DNA from: a bacterium
Lineage (GTDB): Bacteria > Patescibacteriota > Microgenomatia > UBA8517
Direction of reading: 5' to 3'
DNA length: 64,000 nt
Assembly: GCA_030583725.1 (NCBI GenBank)
Contig: CP129472.1
Span: 465,902 to 529,901, forward strand
Shown: piece by piece, positions 19,804 to 29,089 of the stretch
How positions within the stretch are numbered: position 1 is the first letter of the stretch
Layout of the letters: each line of letters starts with the position of its first letter
Program-made: the position numbers and the translations under genes
Notes under the pieces: model-generated
What the model was told of the DNA's origin: nothing
Databases searched by the model: none
The model's input: the letters and a program-made list of their open reading frames with translations, nothing else

Positions 19804-20017
19804 AGGGGAATTAAGATTTATATATAAGATTGCATACAATCTTGGCCTTTTTCTTAATCTCACTTATCACAAATTCTCTAATTGTAACTTGTGTAAACGG
19901 TTTGGATCCTGCTGGGGGCATTTGTTCCATTATTTTTAGGATCCACATCTCTTCGATATATGAAATGACCAGTAGATATTTCTACTTTTTCCCATTTGTT
20001 GTTTTCAGTTGTCATAA

Positions 20018-20947
20018 TTAACTTAAACTAGTTCCCGTAAAAATCTTTGGTTCAGACCATGCGGCTGGAATTTCTTGGTTTAATTCCATTTCTGCTTCTT
20101 CTGGTGTCATTTGTTTTCCTTTGGAGGCCTCTGCAAAAATAGGTTCTGGTGTCTTACTAATTGTTTGTACTTGAGCAAAAGGTTTATTTGGTATTGATCC
20201 ATTTGGATAATTTTTGGCAGGAATAATTTTTGGCATTCTTTTTCCACCAAGTTTAAGGAGTTCTGCAACAATTTCAAACGTCTCCGCTGTTACCTCACTA
20301 CTTTGAAAACCCTTACTTTGTTCTTCAATGCCGATAAGTAAGTTTGTGGCAATGTCTTGGTCAACTACTAATGCACTTTCTTTGATTAAACTAGCAACAA
20401 TTTCTGAAGTGGAAGATGCAGGCCTTGCATATGACAAAACAGACAAGTCACTTGAAGTTATTTCTAAAAGTCTTGTCCCTATATGAACCATTTTTGTCTT
20501 TTGTAACTCTTCTCTTTTTGTTTCTGGAAAGTGTGAGTCATTAGCCCCACCCATTAAAATTACTAGATCTCCAGATACTCCAGAATAGTCAACTTTAACC
20601 TGCTCTACTGTGGGAGAGTTAAAACCTGATTTTGGACTAATTGTTAACTTAAATTGTCCATTATTGATGTCATAACTAACTTTATCCACACTATTGGCAT
20701 CATAATTAACAAGGCTAATATCTAAGTTTTTACTACCTATATCTGAAGCTATTTTATCAACACCAACCAACCTTGAAAATTCTGCGGTCATTGGGGCAGA
20801 ACAGGCGATCACGGCCTTTTTACCAGAGGCATTGAGTGATAAATACAACGAAAGGGCACCTGAAACCTGATCTAAAAATGGTTTATTTGGCAACAAAATT
20901 AAAATTTCGTTGGCAGAAGTTATAAGTGAAGTAAAACTATTTTCCAT
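20018..20947 (-). CDS. DHH/DHHA1-family-like protein with degenerate catalytic motifs (NrnA-like position after infB)
   Basis: 309 aa. Motif-I-like LPNKPFLDQVSGALSLYLSL and GGANDSHF resemble the NrnA DHH motifs, but the canonical Asp/His residues are replaced. Confidence 0.4.
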   Translation of the reverse strand: MENSFTSLITSANEILILLPNKPFLDQVSGALSLYLSLNASGKKAVIACSAPMTAEFSRLVGVDKIASDIGSKNLDISLVNYDANSVDKVSYDINNGQFKLTISPKSGFNSPTVEQVKVDYSGVSGDLVILMGGANDSHFPETKREELQKTKMVHIGTRLLEITSSDLSVLSYARPASSTSEIVASLIKESALVVDQDIATNLLIGIEEQSKGFQSSEVTAETFEIVAELLKLGGKRMPKIIPAKNYPNGSIPNKPFAQVQTISKTPEPIFAEASKGKQMTPEEAEMELNQEIPAAWSEPKIFTGTSLS

Positions 20948-22328
20948 CTCTCTTTAGGGCTACTATAGCATCTCCTGCCTGAAAATCAAGTTGTGGAGCA
21001 AAGAATATTCCACATTCTTCCCCCTGTGATACGCCAGGAACCTCAATCTTTTGTTTTTTTATCGAAATAATTTTAACTTTTCCAATTTCTTTTTCATCCC
21101 TCATTAACCTCGTGTCAGACGTTTTTTCAATTCTTCCTGATAGGACCTTGCACCCTGCAACTCTTTTACCATCAAATGGAAAGTCAGCCAGAATTTGAGC
21201 CTTTCCTAACACCTCAACCATACCACTTTTTACAATGTCCGTCAGCCTTTGCAAAAGCTCGTAAATTACGTCAAACCTCTCCAACCTAACACCATCAAGT
21301 TCGGCTAACTTTTTAACACTTGATGAAATCTTACTTTCAAAAACATAGATTGATGCGCCATTTGCCTTCGCGTTTAACACATCTGACTCAGTAACATCAC
21401 CAACAGTTGATTCTATAACTGCAAATTCTTGTGGGATTGATGATACTAAAGCCTCCAATGACCCTGCATTATTTGCTTTTAAGTAAATAGGGGTTTTAGA
21501 TTTATCGATCTGACTCCTATGGTTTGAGGTTTCGTTATTTTTATTTACTTCTTTATCTGTTATTACAGCTCCAACTTCAGGCAAACCTTCAAAACCCAGA
21601 ATTCTTACGGGTTCACCAGGTAATACTTCCTTAACAGGTTTGTTTTTATCATCAAAAAGACCCTTAACCCTGCCTTTAGCCAAGTCTGAATAAATATCTT
21701 TACCAACACTTAATTTTCCATTTCTAACAACAGCTGAAACCATATTTCCACCCTTTTCTTTAGAGGTTTCTATGACCACTGCCTCTAATTCCATTTCACT
21801 ATCACCCTCAATAATACTCACTTCTGCTAGAAGATTGATTAAGTCCAATAAGTCAGTTAGTTTTTCATTTTTCTTTGCCGAAACCCCTATGTATGGAACT
21901 TGACCACCACGGCCTTCAAAGAAAATTCCTTCTTTTTCAAGTTCTGCTAAAGCTGTTTCAATTGTTGAAGTTGGTAGGTCAGTTTTTGTTAAAACTACGA
22001 TAAATGGAATTTTGGTTTCGTTAATTAAATCTATTGCTTCTTTGGTTTGAGGTTTAATTCCACCAGTTGAATCCAAAATTAAAAGTGCAATGTCAGCTAA
22101 TTTTGACCCACGAGATCTCATATTTGAAAAGACTGCATGACCTGGAGTGTCTATAAAGGTTATTTTTTTACCATCTTTAGTAGTAACGACAGAAGCACCG
22201 ATTGACTGAGTTATGCCACCAGCTTCTCCTGAAGTAACGTTGGTTTGTCTTAATGCATCAAGAAGTGAAGTCTTACCGTGATCTACGTGCCCCAAAACTA
22301 CTACTATTGGTTGTCTTTTTGTTTTCAT
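20937..22328 (-). CDS. infB: translation initiation factor IF-2, minimal form starting at the G domain
   Basis: The protein begins VVVLGHVDHGKTSLLDAL, which is the G1 motif. DTPGH, the NKxD-type motif TKTD and C-terminal beta-barrel domains are present. Length is 463 aa. Confidence 0.85.
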   Translation of the reverse strand: MKTKRQPIVVVLGHVDHGKTSLLDALRQTNVTSGEAGGITQSIGASVVTTKDGKKITFIDTPGHAVFSNMRSRGSKLADIALLILDSTGGIKPQTKEAIDLINETKIPFIVVLTKTDLPTSTIETALAELEKEGIFFEGRGGQVPYIGVSAKKNEKLTDLLDLINLLAEVSIIEGDSEMELEAVVIETSKEKGGNMVSAVVRNGKLSVGKDIYSDLAKGRVKGLFDDKNKPVKEVLPGEPVRILGFEGLPEVGAVITDKEVNKNNETSNHRSQIDKSKTPIYLKANNAGSLEALVSSIPQEFAVIESTVGDVTESDVLNAKANGASIYVFESKISSSVKKLAELDGVRLERFDVIYELLQRLTDIVKSGMVEVLGKAQILADFPFDGKRVAGCKVLSGRIEKTSDTRLMRDEKEIGKVKIISIKKQKIEVPGVSQGEECGIFFAPQLDFQAGDAIVALKRDGK

Positions 22329-22358
22329 ATATTTTTGTTCTTAAGCTACTTGTTTGTA

Positions 22359-23429
22359 TCATTCTTGTGATTTTTCAGGTAACTCATCTTCTAGTTTTTG
22401 ATCTGATTGTGTATCTTCAGTAACATTTTCTTTAATCTCTACACTATCTATTTCATTGATAGGTTCAGCGGGTGCTCCTAAAATTTCAATTTTATATCCA
22501 GTCAATTTACTAGCCAAACGTACATTCTGGCCATCTTTACCAATAGCTAGTGATAATTGGTCATCTGGAGCTGTAACTGTTGCTTCTAGAGTCTTTTTAG
22601 ATACTTTTACTTTCAAGTTCTCTGCAGGAGCCAAAGCTAATTTAATCAACTCTGCGGGATCATCATTCCATGGGATAACATCAACCCTTTCCCCACCCAG
22701 TTCATTGGTAACTGCTTGAACCCTAACACCCTTTTGACCAACACAACTTCCGACTGGATCAATTCCCGCTTGAGCTGAATAAACTGCAATTTTTGTTCTT
22801 ACTCCAGCTTCTCTTGAAATTAATTTTATTTCAACAGAGTTAGCACCAATTTCTGGAACCTCTCTTGCAAAGAGCTTAACTACGAACTGACTGTCACTAC
22901 GAGAAAGAATGATTTCCTTGCCCTTAATTGTTTCTCTGATGTCTTTAAGTAAAAAGGTAAGCCTTTGACCTAATGACAATCTTTCTGAAGGAACCCTTTC
23001 TTCTGCAGGCATGAAACCTTCTGTCCTACCAATATCAACTCTAACATTGGGACCATCAAAACGAAGTACAATCCCAGAGACTAATGAGCCAACTTTACCC
23101 GTGAATTCTTCCATAATTACTCCTCTTTCAGCTTCTCTAATTTTTTGATGAATTACTTGTTTTGCAGTTTGTGCAGCAATTCTTCCAAAACCAGGAGGGG
23201 TTACATCTTTCCCATCCACCAAAACTTTTGCACCACCATCCAAAGAATCGATTTGTGCGTCCATTACTACTTCTTCTGGGTATTCAATTCCAGCTTCTTT
23301 CTGATCACGTCTAAAAGCTGCAATTATTGCTTGTTTAATAGCATCTAGAATAACAGAAGCATCAAGCCCTCTTTCTTGAGCTATTGCCTTTAGAGCTTGG
23401 TTAAATTCTGTTCTTGGTTGATTATTCAT
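22359..23429 (-). CDS. nusA: transcription termination/antitermination factor NusA
   Basis: N-terminal domain, an S1 domain and two KH domains. The N-terminus FNQALKAIAQERGLDASVILDAIKQAI is typical of NusA. Confidence 0.85.
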   Translation of the reverse strand: MNNQPRTEFNQALKAIAQERGLDASVILDAIKQAIIAAFRRDQKEAGIEYPEEVVMDAQIDSLDGGAKVLVDGKDVTPPGFGRIAAQTAKQVIHQKIREAERGVIMEEFTGKVGSLVSGIVLRFDGPNVRVDIGRTEGFMPAEERVPSERLSLGQRLTFLLKDIRETIKGKEIILSRSDSQFVVKLFAREVPEIGANSVEIKLISREAGVRTKIAVYSAQAGIDPVGSCVGQKGVRVQAVTNELGGERVDVIPWNDDPAELIKLALAPAENLKVKVSKKTLEATVTAPDDQLSLAIGKDGQNVRLASKLTGYKIEILGAPAEPINEIDSVEIKENVTEDTQSDQKLEDELPEKSQE

Positions 23430-23462
23430 AGCTATTTTTTACTTGGTCAATTTTATATTTTA

Positions 23463-23487
23463 ACAAAAATGGCGGGTTATCCCCACC
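23463..23487 (-). terminator. intrinsic terminator after the Nudix gene, upstream of nusA
   Basis: Minus-strand RNA: GGUGGG-GAUAA-CCCGCC (a 6-bp GC stem with one G-U pair) followed by AUUUUUGUUA. Confidence 0.5.
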
Positions 23488-23554
23488 AGAATTGAAGTTT
23501 ACAACATCACGGAGATTTAATCAATCTAAAATTATGGATTTTATAGTTATTCTT

Positions 23555-24061
23555 CTATTGTAGATCAATTAATTTTCTTGCTTCCTCTAAAAAAGCCAGA
23601 TCACGCTGTTGTATAAACCAACCTTCGTAGTCTTTAGGTTTGTCATTTTTTAAAATCTTGATTGCTTCATCCAACGTAAACCATGACATTTCAAAACCTT
23701 CACTCACCTCACCTTTGTCAAAATGTGGTTTTCCTTTTTTAATAACTTTTCCAATGTAACAATATGAAGTTTGAAGTTGAAACCATTCAAATTTAGATCT
23801 ATATTCAGTAATCTTACCCAATTCTTTTTCAATCTTGGCCATACATCCTGATTCTTCATAAACTTCTCTGACTAAAGCTTCGGTCTTACTTTCTCCTTTT
23901 TCAATTCCACCCCCTGGTATTTTATGGTAATTCATCTTTGATGCAAAAACCACAGGAGTTAAACCGTTTTTATCCAACAAAACCGCCCTAACTGCAAATC
24001 TTTTCTTTACAGATTTACTTTTTAACAATGGTGCATCTTCAATATGTTTTATTAGTTTCAT
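23555..24061 (-). CDS. NUDIX hydrolase
   Basis: Nudix box GGGIEKGESKTEALVREVYEESG. Confidence 0.75.
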   Translation of the reverse strand: MKLIKHIEDAPLLKSKSVKKRFAVRAVLLDKNGLTPVVFASKMNYHKIPGGGIEKGESKTEALVREVYEESGCMAKIEKELGKITEYRSKFEWFQLQTSYCYIGKVIKKGKPHFDKGEVSEGFEMSWFTLDEAIKILKNDKPKDYEGWFIQQRDLAFLEEARKLIDLQ

Positions 24062-24095
24062 GATATTTTAGATAATATATTGGCCAAAAAGGAAA

Positions 24096-24998
24096 TTATA
24101 ATCCTTCTTCTTTCAAATCATCAATTATTCTTTTTTGTGTTCTGTTTAGTTTTTCTGGAACTAGTATATTTATTTTTACATATTGGTCACCTTTTTGTTT
24201 GTGATGTGGATTTGTAGCGCCTTGCCCCTTTAATCTAATCATTGTTCCAGATGCAGTCCCATTTCTTATTTTTATTTTTACTTCCTTATCAATAGTTGGA
24301 ACTTTAATAGTCCCACCCAAAACAGCCATTGAGTAGGGAATTGTTACATTTATATGGATATCATCCCCATCTCTTTCAAAAAATTCATGAGGTGTTACAT
24401 TTACTGATAAAGTAAAGTCGCCAAAGTTAATTTTTGTACCTTCATCAACTCCTGCAGGAATTTTAATTTTTCTTAATCTTCCCTCTATATCAAATTCTTT
24501 TTCTACACCCTTTACTGCTTCCATGAAAGTAAGCTTGACTGAATACCTTGGTATCTGTCTTACTCTTTGGCCACCAAAGGGGTTTCCACCACCAAAAAAA
24601 CTTTCAAAAATATCAAATGGGTCTCCAAAATCTACGTTACCAAAGGGGTTCCCACCCTGAGCACCGAAGGGCTGACCACCGCTTGACGACCAAGTATATG
24701 TAAATGGTGAACCTTGCCCTGCTCCCGCAAATGGATTTCCACCCCTTGACCCCATTCCACCTGGGGAAAATGCATCATGGCCATAGTTGTCATATGCACT
24801 CTTTTTATTAGAATCAGAAAGAACTTGATATGCTTCATTTATTTCTTTGAATTTTTTTTCTGCTTCTTCTTTGTCAGCACCTTGATGTCTATCAGGATGC
24901 CACTCCAAAGCTTTTTTTCTGTATGCATTTTTAATTTCTTGGCCACTGGAAGTTTTAGTTACTCCAAGTAAATCATAGTAATCATTTTTTGTAGCCAT
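24096..24998 (-). CDS. dnaJ: DnaJ-family co-chaperone lacking the zinc-finger domain (class B/CbpA-like)
   Basis: J domain (DYYDLLGV...HPD), a Gly/Phe-rich region and a C-terminal substrate-binding domain. No CxxCxGxG repeats. Confidence 0.8.
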   Translation of the reverse strand: MATKNDYYDLLGVTKTSSGQEIKNAYRKKALEWHPDRHQGADKEEAEKKFKEINEAYQVLSDSNKKSAYDNYGHDAFSPGGMGSRGGNPFAGAGQGSPFTYTWSSSGGQPFGAQGGNPFGNVDFGDPFDIFESFFGGGNPFGGQRVRQIPRYSVKLTFMEAVKGVEKEFDIEGRLRKIKIPAGVDEGTKINFGDFTLSVNVTPHEFFERDGDDIHINVTIPYSMAVLGGTIKVPTIDKEVKIKIRNGTASGTMIRLKGQGATNPHHKQKGDQYVKINILVPEKLNRTQKRIIDDLKEEGL

Positions 24999-25016
24999 TG
25001 GCTTATTCTACTCTAG

Positions 25017-25202
25017 CTAATTGAATTTAGGAAGGATTCTTAAAAAAAATTTCTTTATTTTTTCATCTAATGTGTATGCCGGATAACTTTCCATAAGAGT
25101 TGTGTAGTCAATATCCCCCGAAACCCACAACTTTAATTTATTTTTCCATATTATTCGTTGAGGGTCTTCTGGAACTAATTGTGCCTTAGTTTCTATCGTC
25201 AT
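25017..25202 (-). CDS. hypothetical 61-aa protein wedged between dnaK and dnaJ
   Basis: Its ATG overlaps the dnaK TGA stop (ATGA). The SD-like GAAGGGGAAG lies 9 nt upstream. The ORF ends 18 nt before dnaJ. Confidence 0.35.
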   Translation of the reverse strand: MTIETKAQLVPEDPQRIIWKNKLKLWVSGDIDYTTLMESYPAYTLDEKIKKFFLRILPKFN

Positions 25203-27112
25203 TCAACAACTTCCCCTTCTTCAACTTTTGAATCATTCTTTTTCTTCTTTTCATCGGTTTTTTCTTCCTCTTTTGGTTCTTCTGCCGCTGGCTGACCATC
25301 TCCTGCTGGTGGTGCTTGATTAGCATACATTGCTTGCCCTACTTCAGACAAAGTTTCTGAAAGTTCTTTTGTTTTTGCTTCTAAGTCCTCTTTTGATCCA
25401 GTTTCAAGAACCTCTTTTAGTGCTTTGATTTTTTCTTGTACTTTCTCTACTGCTTCCTTTGGAGCTTTGTCTCCTGCATCTTTAATTGCTTTTTCTGCCA
25501 TGACAATTGTTGAGTCTGCAGTATTTTTAGCTTTAATGGTTTCTGCTTTCTTTTCGTCTTCTGCCTTATTTTTCTCTGCATCTTCTTGTGCTTTTTTAAC
25601 TTCTTCATCTGTTAGCCCAACAGAACCTGTAATTTTAATATTTTGTGTTTTTCCAGTTGCTTTATCTTTTGCGGTTACTGTTAAAATTCCATTTGCATCG
25701 AGGTCAAACATAACTTCAATCTGTGGCACACCTCTTGGAGATGGTGGAATACCATCAAGTACAAATCTTCCAAGAGCTTTGTTGTCATTTGAAAGTGGTC
25801 TTTCTCCTTGGGTTATGTGAATTTCAACTTGTGTTTGATTATCAGCTGCAGTTGAGAAAACTTCAGTCTTTGATGTTGGGACAGTTGTGTTTCTTGGAAT
25901 CATTGGTGTTGCAACTCCACCCATTGTTTCAATAGCTAAAGTTAATGGAGTAACATCTAAAAGAAGGATATCTTTAACATCTCCAGCTAAAACTCCCGCT
26001 TGAATTGCAGCTCCAATTGCAACCACTTCATCAGGATTTACTGACTTGTTTGGTTCTTTACCAAAGAATTTCTTTACTTCTTCTTGAACTTTTGGCATTC
26101 TAGTCATTCCACCAACCATAATTACTTCATTAATGTCAGATGCTTTAAGACCTGCGTCTTTTAATGCATCTTCAACTGGTTTAATAGTTTTTTGGATTAG
26201 TTCTTCAACAATTGCTTCTAACTTTGCCCTTGTTAACTTCATTGTTAAATGAAGAGGTTGGCCATCTTTTTGAGTTATATATGGCTGATTAATTTCAATT
26301 TCCTCAGAAGCTGTTAATTCAATTTTTGCCTTTTCTGCAGCATCTCTTACTCTTTGTAGTGCTTGCTTATCAAGCCTTAAGTCCATTGAATTTTCTTTTT
26401 TGAATTCCTCTGCAATATAGTCAACTATCTTTTCGTCAAAATCATCACCACCTAAGTGTGTATCACCATTTGTGGATTTAACTTCAAAAACTCCATCTCC
26501 AAGCTCTAAAATAGAAATATCAAAAGTGCCACCTCCTAAATCATATACTGCTATCTTTTCTGCCTTTTTCTTGTCTAGGCCGTAAGCGAGCGCAGCCGCT
26601 GTAGGCTCATTGATTATTCTTTCTACTGTTAGTCCCGCGATTTCACCTGCTTGTTTTGTAGCTTGCCTTTGTGAATCATCGAAATATGCAGGGACTGTGA
26701 TAACTGCACGATCTACTGTTTCTCCCAAATACTTTTCTGCATCTTTTTTAAGTTTCATTAAAACACGAGCTGAAATTTCTTGTGGGGTATAGACTTTGCC
26801 ATCAATCTCAACGTCAGCCATACCACCTTTACCTGAAACGATTTTGTAAGAAACCATTTTTTGAGTTCTGGTAACTTCCTTGTCTTCAAACCTTCTACCC
26901 ATCAACCTCTTAACAGAAGAAATAGTGTTAGTTGGGTTTAGAATCATCTGACGCTTGGCAACATCACCAACTAAACCCTTTGCAATCTCAATTACTGAAG
27001 GTGTAGTATTTTTTCCAGTATCAGAAGCACTAATAACCTTAGGGCTACCACCCTCCATTACTGCTACACAACTATTTGTTGTTCCTAGATCTATACCGAT
27101 TATTTTTGACAT
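25199..27112 (-). CDS. dnaK: molecular chaperone DnaK (Hsp70)
   Basis: [22 protein letters not shown] and the rest of the full Hsp70 signature set. Acidic C-terminal tail. Confidence 0.95.
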   Translation of the reverse strand: MSKIIGIDLGTTNSCVAVMEGGSPKVISASDTGKNTTPSVIEIAKGLVGDVAKRQMILNPTNTISSVKRLMGRRFEDKEVTRTQKMVSYKIVSGKGGMADVEIDGKVYTPQEISARVLMKLKKDAEKYLGETVDRAVITVPAYFDDSQRQATKQAGEIAGLTVERIINEPTAAALAYGLDKKKAEKIAVYDLGGGTFDISILELGDGVFEVKSTNGDTHLGGDDFDEKIVDYIAEEFKKENSMDLRLDKQALQRVRDAAEKAKIELTASEEIEINQPYITQKDGQPLHLTMKLTRAKLEAIVEELIQKTIKPVEDALKDAGLKASDINEVIMVGGMTRMPKVQEEVKKFFGKEPNKSVNPDEVVAIGAAIQAGVLAGDVKDILLLDVTPLTLAIETMGGVATPMIPRNTTVPTSKTEVFSTAADNQTQVEIHITQGERPLSNDNKALGRFVLDGIPPSPRGVPQIEVMFDLDANGILTVTAKDKATGKTQNIKITGSVGLTDEEVKKAQEDAEKNKAEDEKKAETIKAKNTADSTIVMAEKAIKDAGDKAPKEAVEKVQEKIKALKEVLETGSKEDLEAKTKELSETLSEVGQAMYANQAPPAGDGQPAAEEPKEEEKTDEKKKKNDSKVEEGEVVE

Positions 27113-27116
27113 ATTA

Positions 27117-27599
27117 TTATGCTTCCTCCTTCTTTATGAATTTAAAGACTTTTACTCTTGCATGTCTTACGGTAGTGCCGTCTTGGTATTTCCAACCAGA
27201 TTGCACAACTTCTGAGATACTATTATCGTCCAATTCTTTGTCAGTTTCAACTACCTCTGTCACCTCACTTGTTAATTCGTTAAATTGATCTCCAACTTGA
27301 ATTTTTATTTCTTCAAAACCTTCTTCTTTTGCTAAGGTTTCAAGCTGGCCAATAATTATTGATATGCCACCATCTTTGAGGTGTTCCTGTGCTTGTTTTA
27401 AGTTGTCAACTATTGGCAATATTTTAGTCATAAAAGAAATGCTTGACAGTTTATACATTGTACCCCTTTCTTCTTCCGTCCTCTTTTGTAAATTAGAATA
27501 GTCTGCCATTGCTCTCGCAAGTTGGTTCTTCATAGCATCAAACTCTTCATTATTTATCTTTTTATCATTTGTTTTTTTAGTATTCATTTTCTTAATCAT
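27117..27599 (-). CDS. grpE: nucleotide exchange factor GrpE
   Basis: Coiled-coil N-terminus and a C-terminal beta-domain. Position between hrcA and dnaK. Confidence 0.85.
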   Translation of the reverse strand: MIKKMNTKKTNDKKINNEEFDAMKNQLARAMADYSNLQKRTEEERGTMYKLSSISFMTKILPIVDNLKQAQEHLKDGGISIIIGQLETLAKEEGFEEIKIQVGDQFNELTSEVTEVVETDKELDDNSISEVVQSGWKYQDGTTVRHARVKVFKFIKKEEA

Positions 27600-28318
27600 T
27601 GCATTATTTCCTCTAACATGTTTCTATAATATCTTATCATTGGTACAACCGTAGAATAAGACTGTCTTACAGGTCCAATTACTCCTATTGCGCCATTTTT
27701 ATTTTTAACCTTAAAATGAGCAGCAACAATCCCCACAGGTAAGTTTCTTAATCCCATATCTTCTGCAAACAAGACATCGTATGTCGTCTCAATTGGGAAC
27801 CTATTAAAGAAAAAGTCCATTAATACTTCATCCTCGTCAATAAAATCAAATAACGAGGTGCAAGATCTAACGTCACCAAACTCTGGATATGTAAAAATGT
27901 TTGAATAACCAGCCTGCCAAACAGAACCATCTTCAGTTGCAGCAATTGCCATACTACCTGTCCTATCTGCTAGAGAATGTGTTAGTTCGTCTAAAAATTT
28001 GTTTAAGTTTTCTCTTTCGTCCCAAACCTCTTCTTTGGCCTTAACTTCATCTGCTAAGCTCATTTGTTTTTCTTCCATCAACTGATCTACATAGAATTTC
28101 ATTGCTCCTGACGTTGGAATTCTTCCTGCTGAAGTGTGGGGTTGTTTTAAAAATCCAGACTTTGTAAGAAGATTCATCTCATTCCTAATGGTAGCGGGGG
28201 AAACACCTAGGTTATATTTTTTTTCTAACTGACTAGAACCAACAGGTTCTGCTGTCTCTATATACTCATCAATTAAAGCCTTTAGTATCTGTGTTTGCCT
28301 TGCACTAAGTGAGTTCAT
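27596..28318 (-). CDS. hrcA: heat-inducible transcription repressor HrcA (short form)
   Basis: The N-terminus LSARQTQILKALIDEYIETAEPVGSSQL is the HrcA winged-helix signature. A CIRCE operator lies immediately upstream. Confidence 0.8.
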   Translation of the reverse strand: MNSLSARQTQILKALIDEYIETAEPVGSSQLEKKYNLGVSPATIRNEMNLLTKSGFLKQPHTSAGRIPTSGAMKFYVDQLMEEKQMSLADEVKAKEEVWDERENLNKFLDELTHSLADRTGSMAIAATEDGSVWQAGYSNIFTYPEFGDVRSCTSLFDFIDEDEVLMDFFFNRFPIETTYDVLFAEDMGLRNLPVGIVAAHFKVKNKNGAIGVIGPVRQSYSTVVPMIRYYRNMLEEIMQ

Positions 28319-28319
28319 C

Positions 28320-28346
28320 TTAGCAGTAATATAACAAGAGTGCCAA
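28320..28346. promoter_or_regulatory. CIRCE-like HrcA operator (TTAGCAGTA-N9-GAGTGCCAA)
   Basis: Matches the CIRCE consensus TTAGCACTC-N9-GAGTGCTAA at 15 of 18 arm positions. It begins 2 nt upstream of the hrcA ATG. Confidence 0.6.
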
Positions 28347-28356
28347 CAGTTGTCAA
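28328..28356 (-). promoter_or_regulatory. sigma70 promoter for hrcA operon overlapping CIRCE (TTGACA-17-TATATT)
   Basis: Minus-strand reading: TTGACA (plus 28351-28356), a 17-nt spacer, TATATT (plus 28328-28333, inside the CIRCE spacer). The ATG lies 10 nt after the -10 box. Confidence 0.55.
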
Positions 28357-28360
28357 GAGG

Positions 28361-28759
28361 TTAATTTGGGTATATCAAGAGGTTTGGAATACGTGAGAAG
28401 TGGTTAGTGTTCCTTGTAATCAAAGTTATATTGTTAACCATTGCTGTTGCACCAATTATCAAATCAAAATCTTCAAGCCTTGTGCCCTTTTTCTCTAAGT
28501 CTATTTTTAAATCAAGAAATTTATCTGCAATTTTTAAATCAAGATCAAGTATTTTTATATCTAACTCAATTATAAAATTTGTAAATTGTTTAGTTGCCTT
28601 AGTGGGGTCTTTTAATTTTCTAATTCCATATGTTATTTCAGACCAATTGATAATGCTCATAAAAAGACCTTCTTTTGAAATACTAATGATTGAAGAAAGA
28701 TAATCACTTTTATTATTTAAGTGATCAATAATTACATCGCTATCAAGTAATAGCCCCAT
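28361..28759 (-). CDS. PIN-domain toxin (VapC-like)
   Basis: The N-terminus LLLDSDVIIDHL and the distribution of acidic residues fit a PIN fold. It lies immediately downstream of an antitoxin gene. Confidence 0.65.
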   Translation of the reverse strand: MGLLLDSDVIIDHLNNKSDYLSSIISISKEGLFMSIINWSEITYGIRKLKDPTKATKQFTNFIIELDIKILDLDLKIADKFLDLKIDLEKKGTRLEDFDLIIGATAMVNNITLITRNTNHFSRIPNLLIYPN

Positions 28760-28764
28760 CTTGT

Positions 28765-29037
28765 TTAATCAATAAAATTAAATTTTTTCCTAAAACTCTT
28801 TGCATTTTTTTCTATCACTTTTAATTCTTTTTTATCCCACACACCCGCATATTTAGCCATAATTTCAGATCTAGAAGGAGAACTTGTTGCTGGAGCCACC
28901 ACTTTAATAATTTTAATCATGGGTTTACCCATTTTTTCAACAATTATTTCATAATCGTTATAATAAGCGAGGTTCATCAACTCACCAAAATTCTTTCTAG
29001 CCTCATATGCAGATATTGTTTTTAAATTCTTCAACAT
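28765..29037 (-). CDS. Phd/YefM-family antitoxin
   Basis: ISAYEARKNFGELMNLAYYNDYEIIVEK matches the Phd/YefM N-terminal fold. A 5-nt gap separates it from the PIN gene. Confidence 0.6.
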   Translation of the reverse strand: MLKNLKTISAYEARKNFGELMNLAYYNDYEIIVEKMGKPMIKIIKVVAPATSSPSRSEIMAKYAGVWDKKELKVIEKNAKSFRKKFNFID

Positions 29038-29038
29038 A

Positions 29039-29066
29039 ACTAGTCAAATTGTACAATTTGACTAGT
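29039..29066. promoter_or_regulatory. 28-bp perfect palindrome, putative toxin-antitoxin operator
   Basis: ACTAGTCAAATTGT|ACAATTTGACTAGT begins 2 nt upstream of the antitoxin ATG. It overlaps the -10 box (TACAAT) of a TTGACA-17-TACAAT promoter; the -35 box is at plus 29071-29076. Confidence 0.6.
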
Positions 29067-29089
29067 TGGTTGTCAAGTATTTTTTAAAA

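Noticed and set aside
19826-19856. The AAGATTG/CAATCTT hairpin followed by GGCCTTTTTCTT, considered as a terminator feature
   Set aside because: The AT-rich 7-bp stem and the T-tract are only on the plus strand, where no upstream gene exists. The function is ambiguous, so it is recorded only inside the finding for the intergenic gap.
23430-23462. Candidate nusA promoter (TTGTTA-17-AGTAAA)
   Set aside because: The -10 match is poor. nusA may be transcribed by partial read-through of the upstream terminator or from a weak promoter. It is not reported as a feature.
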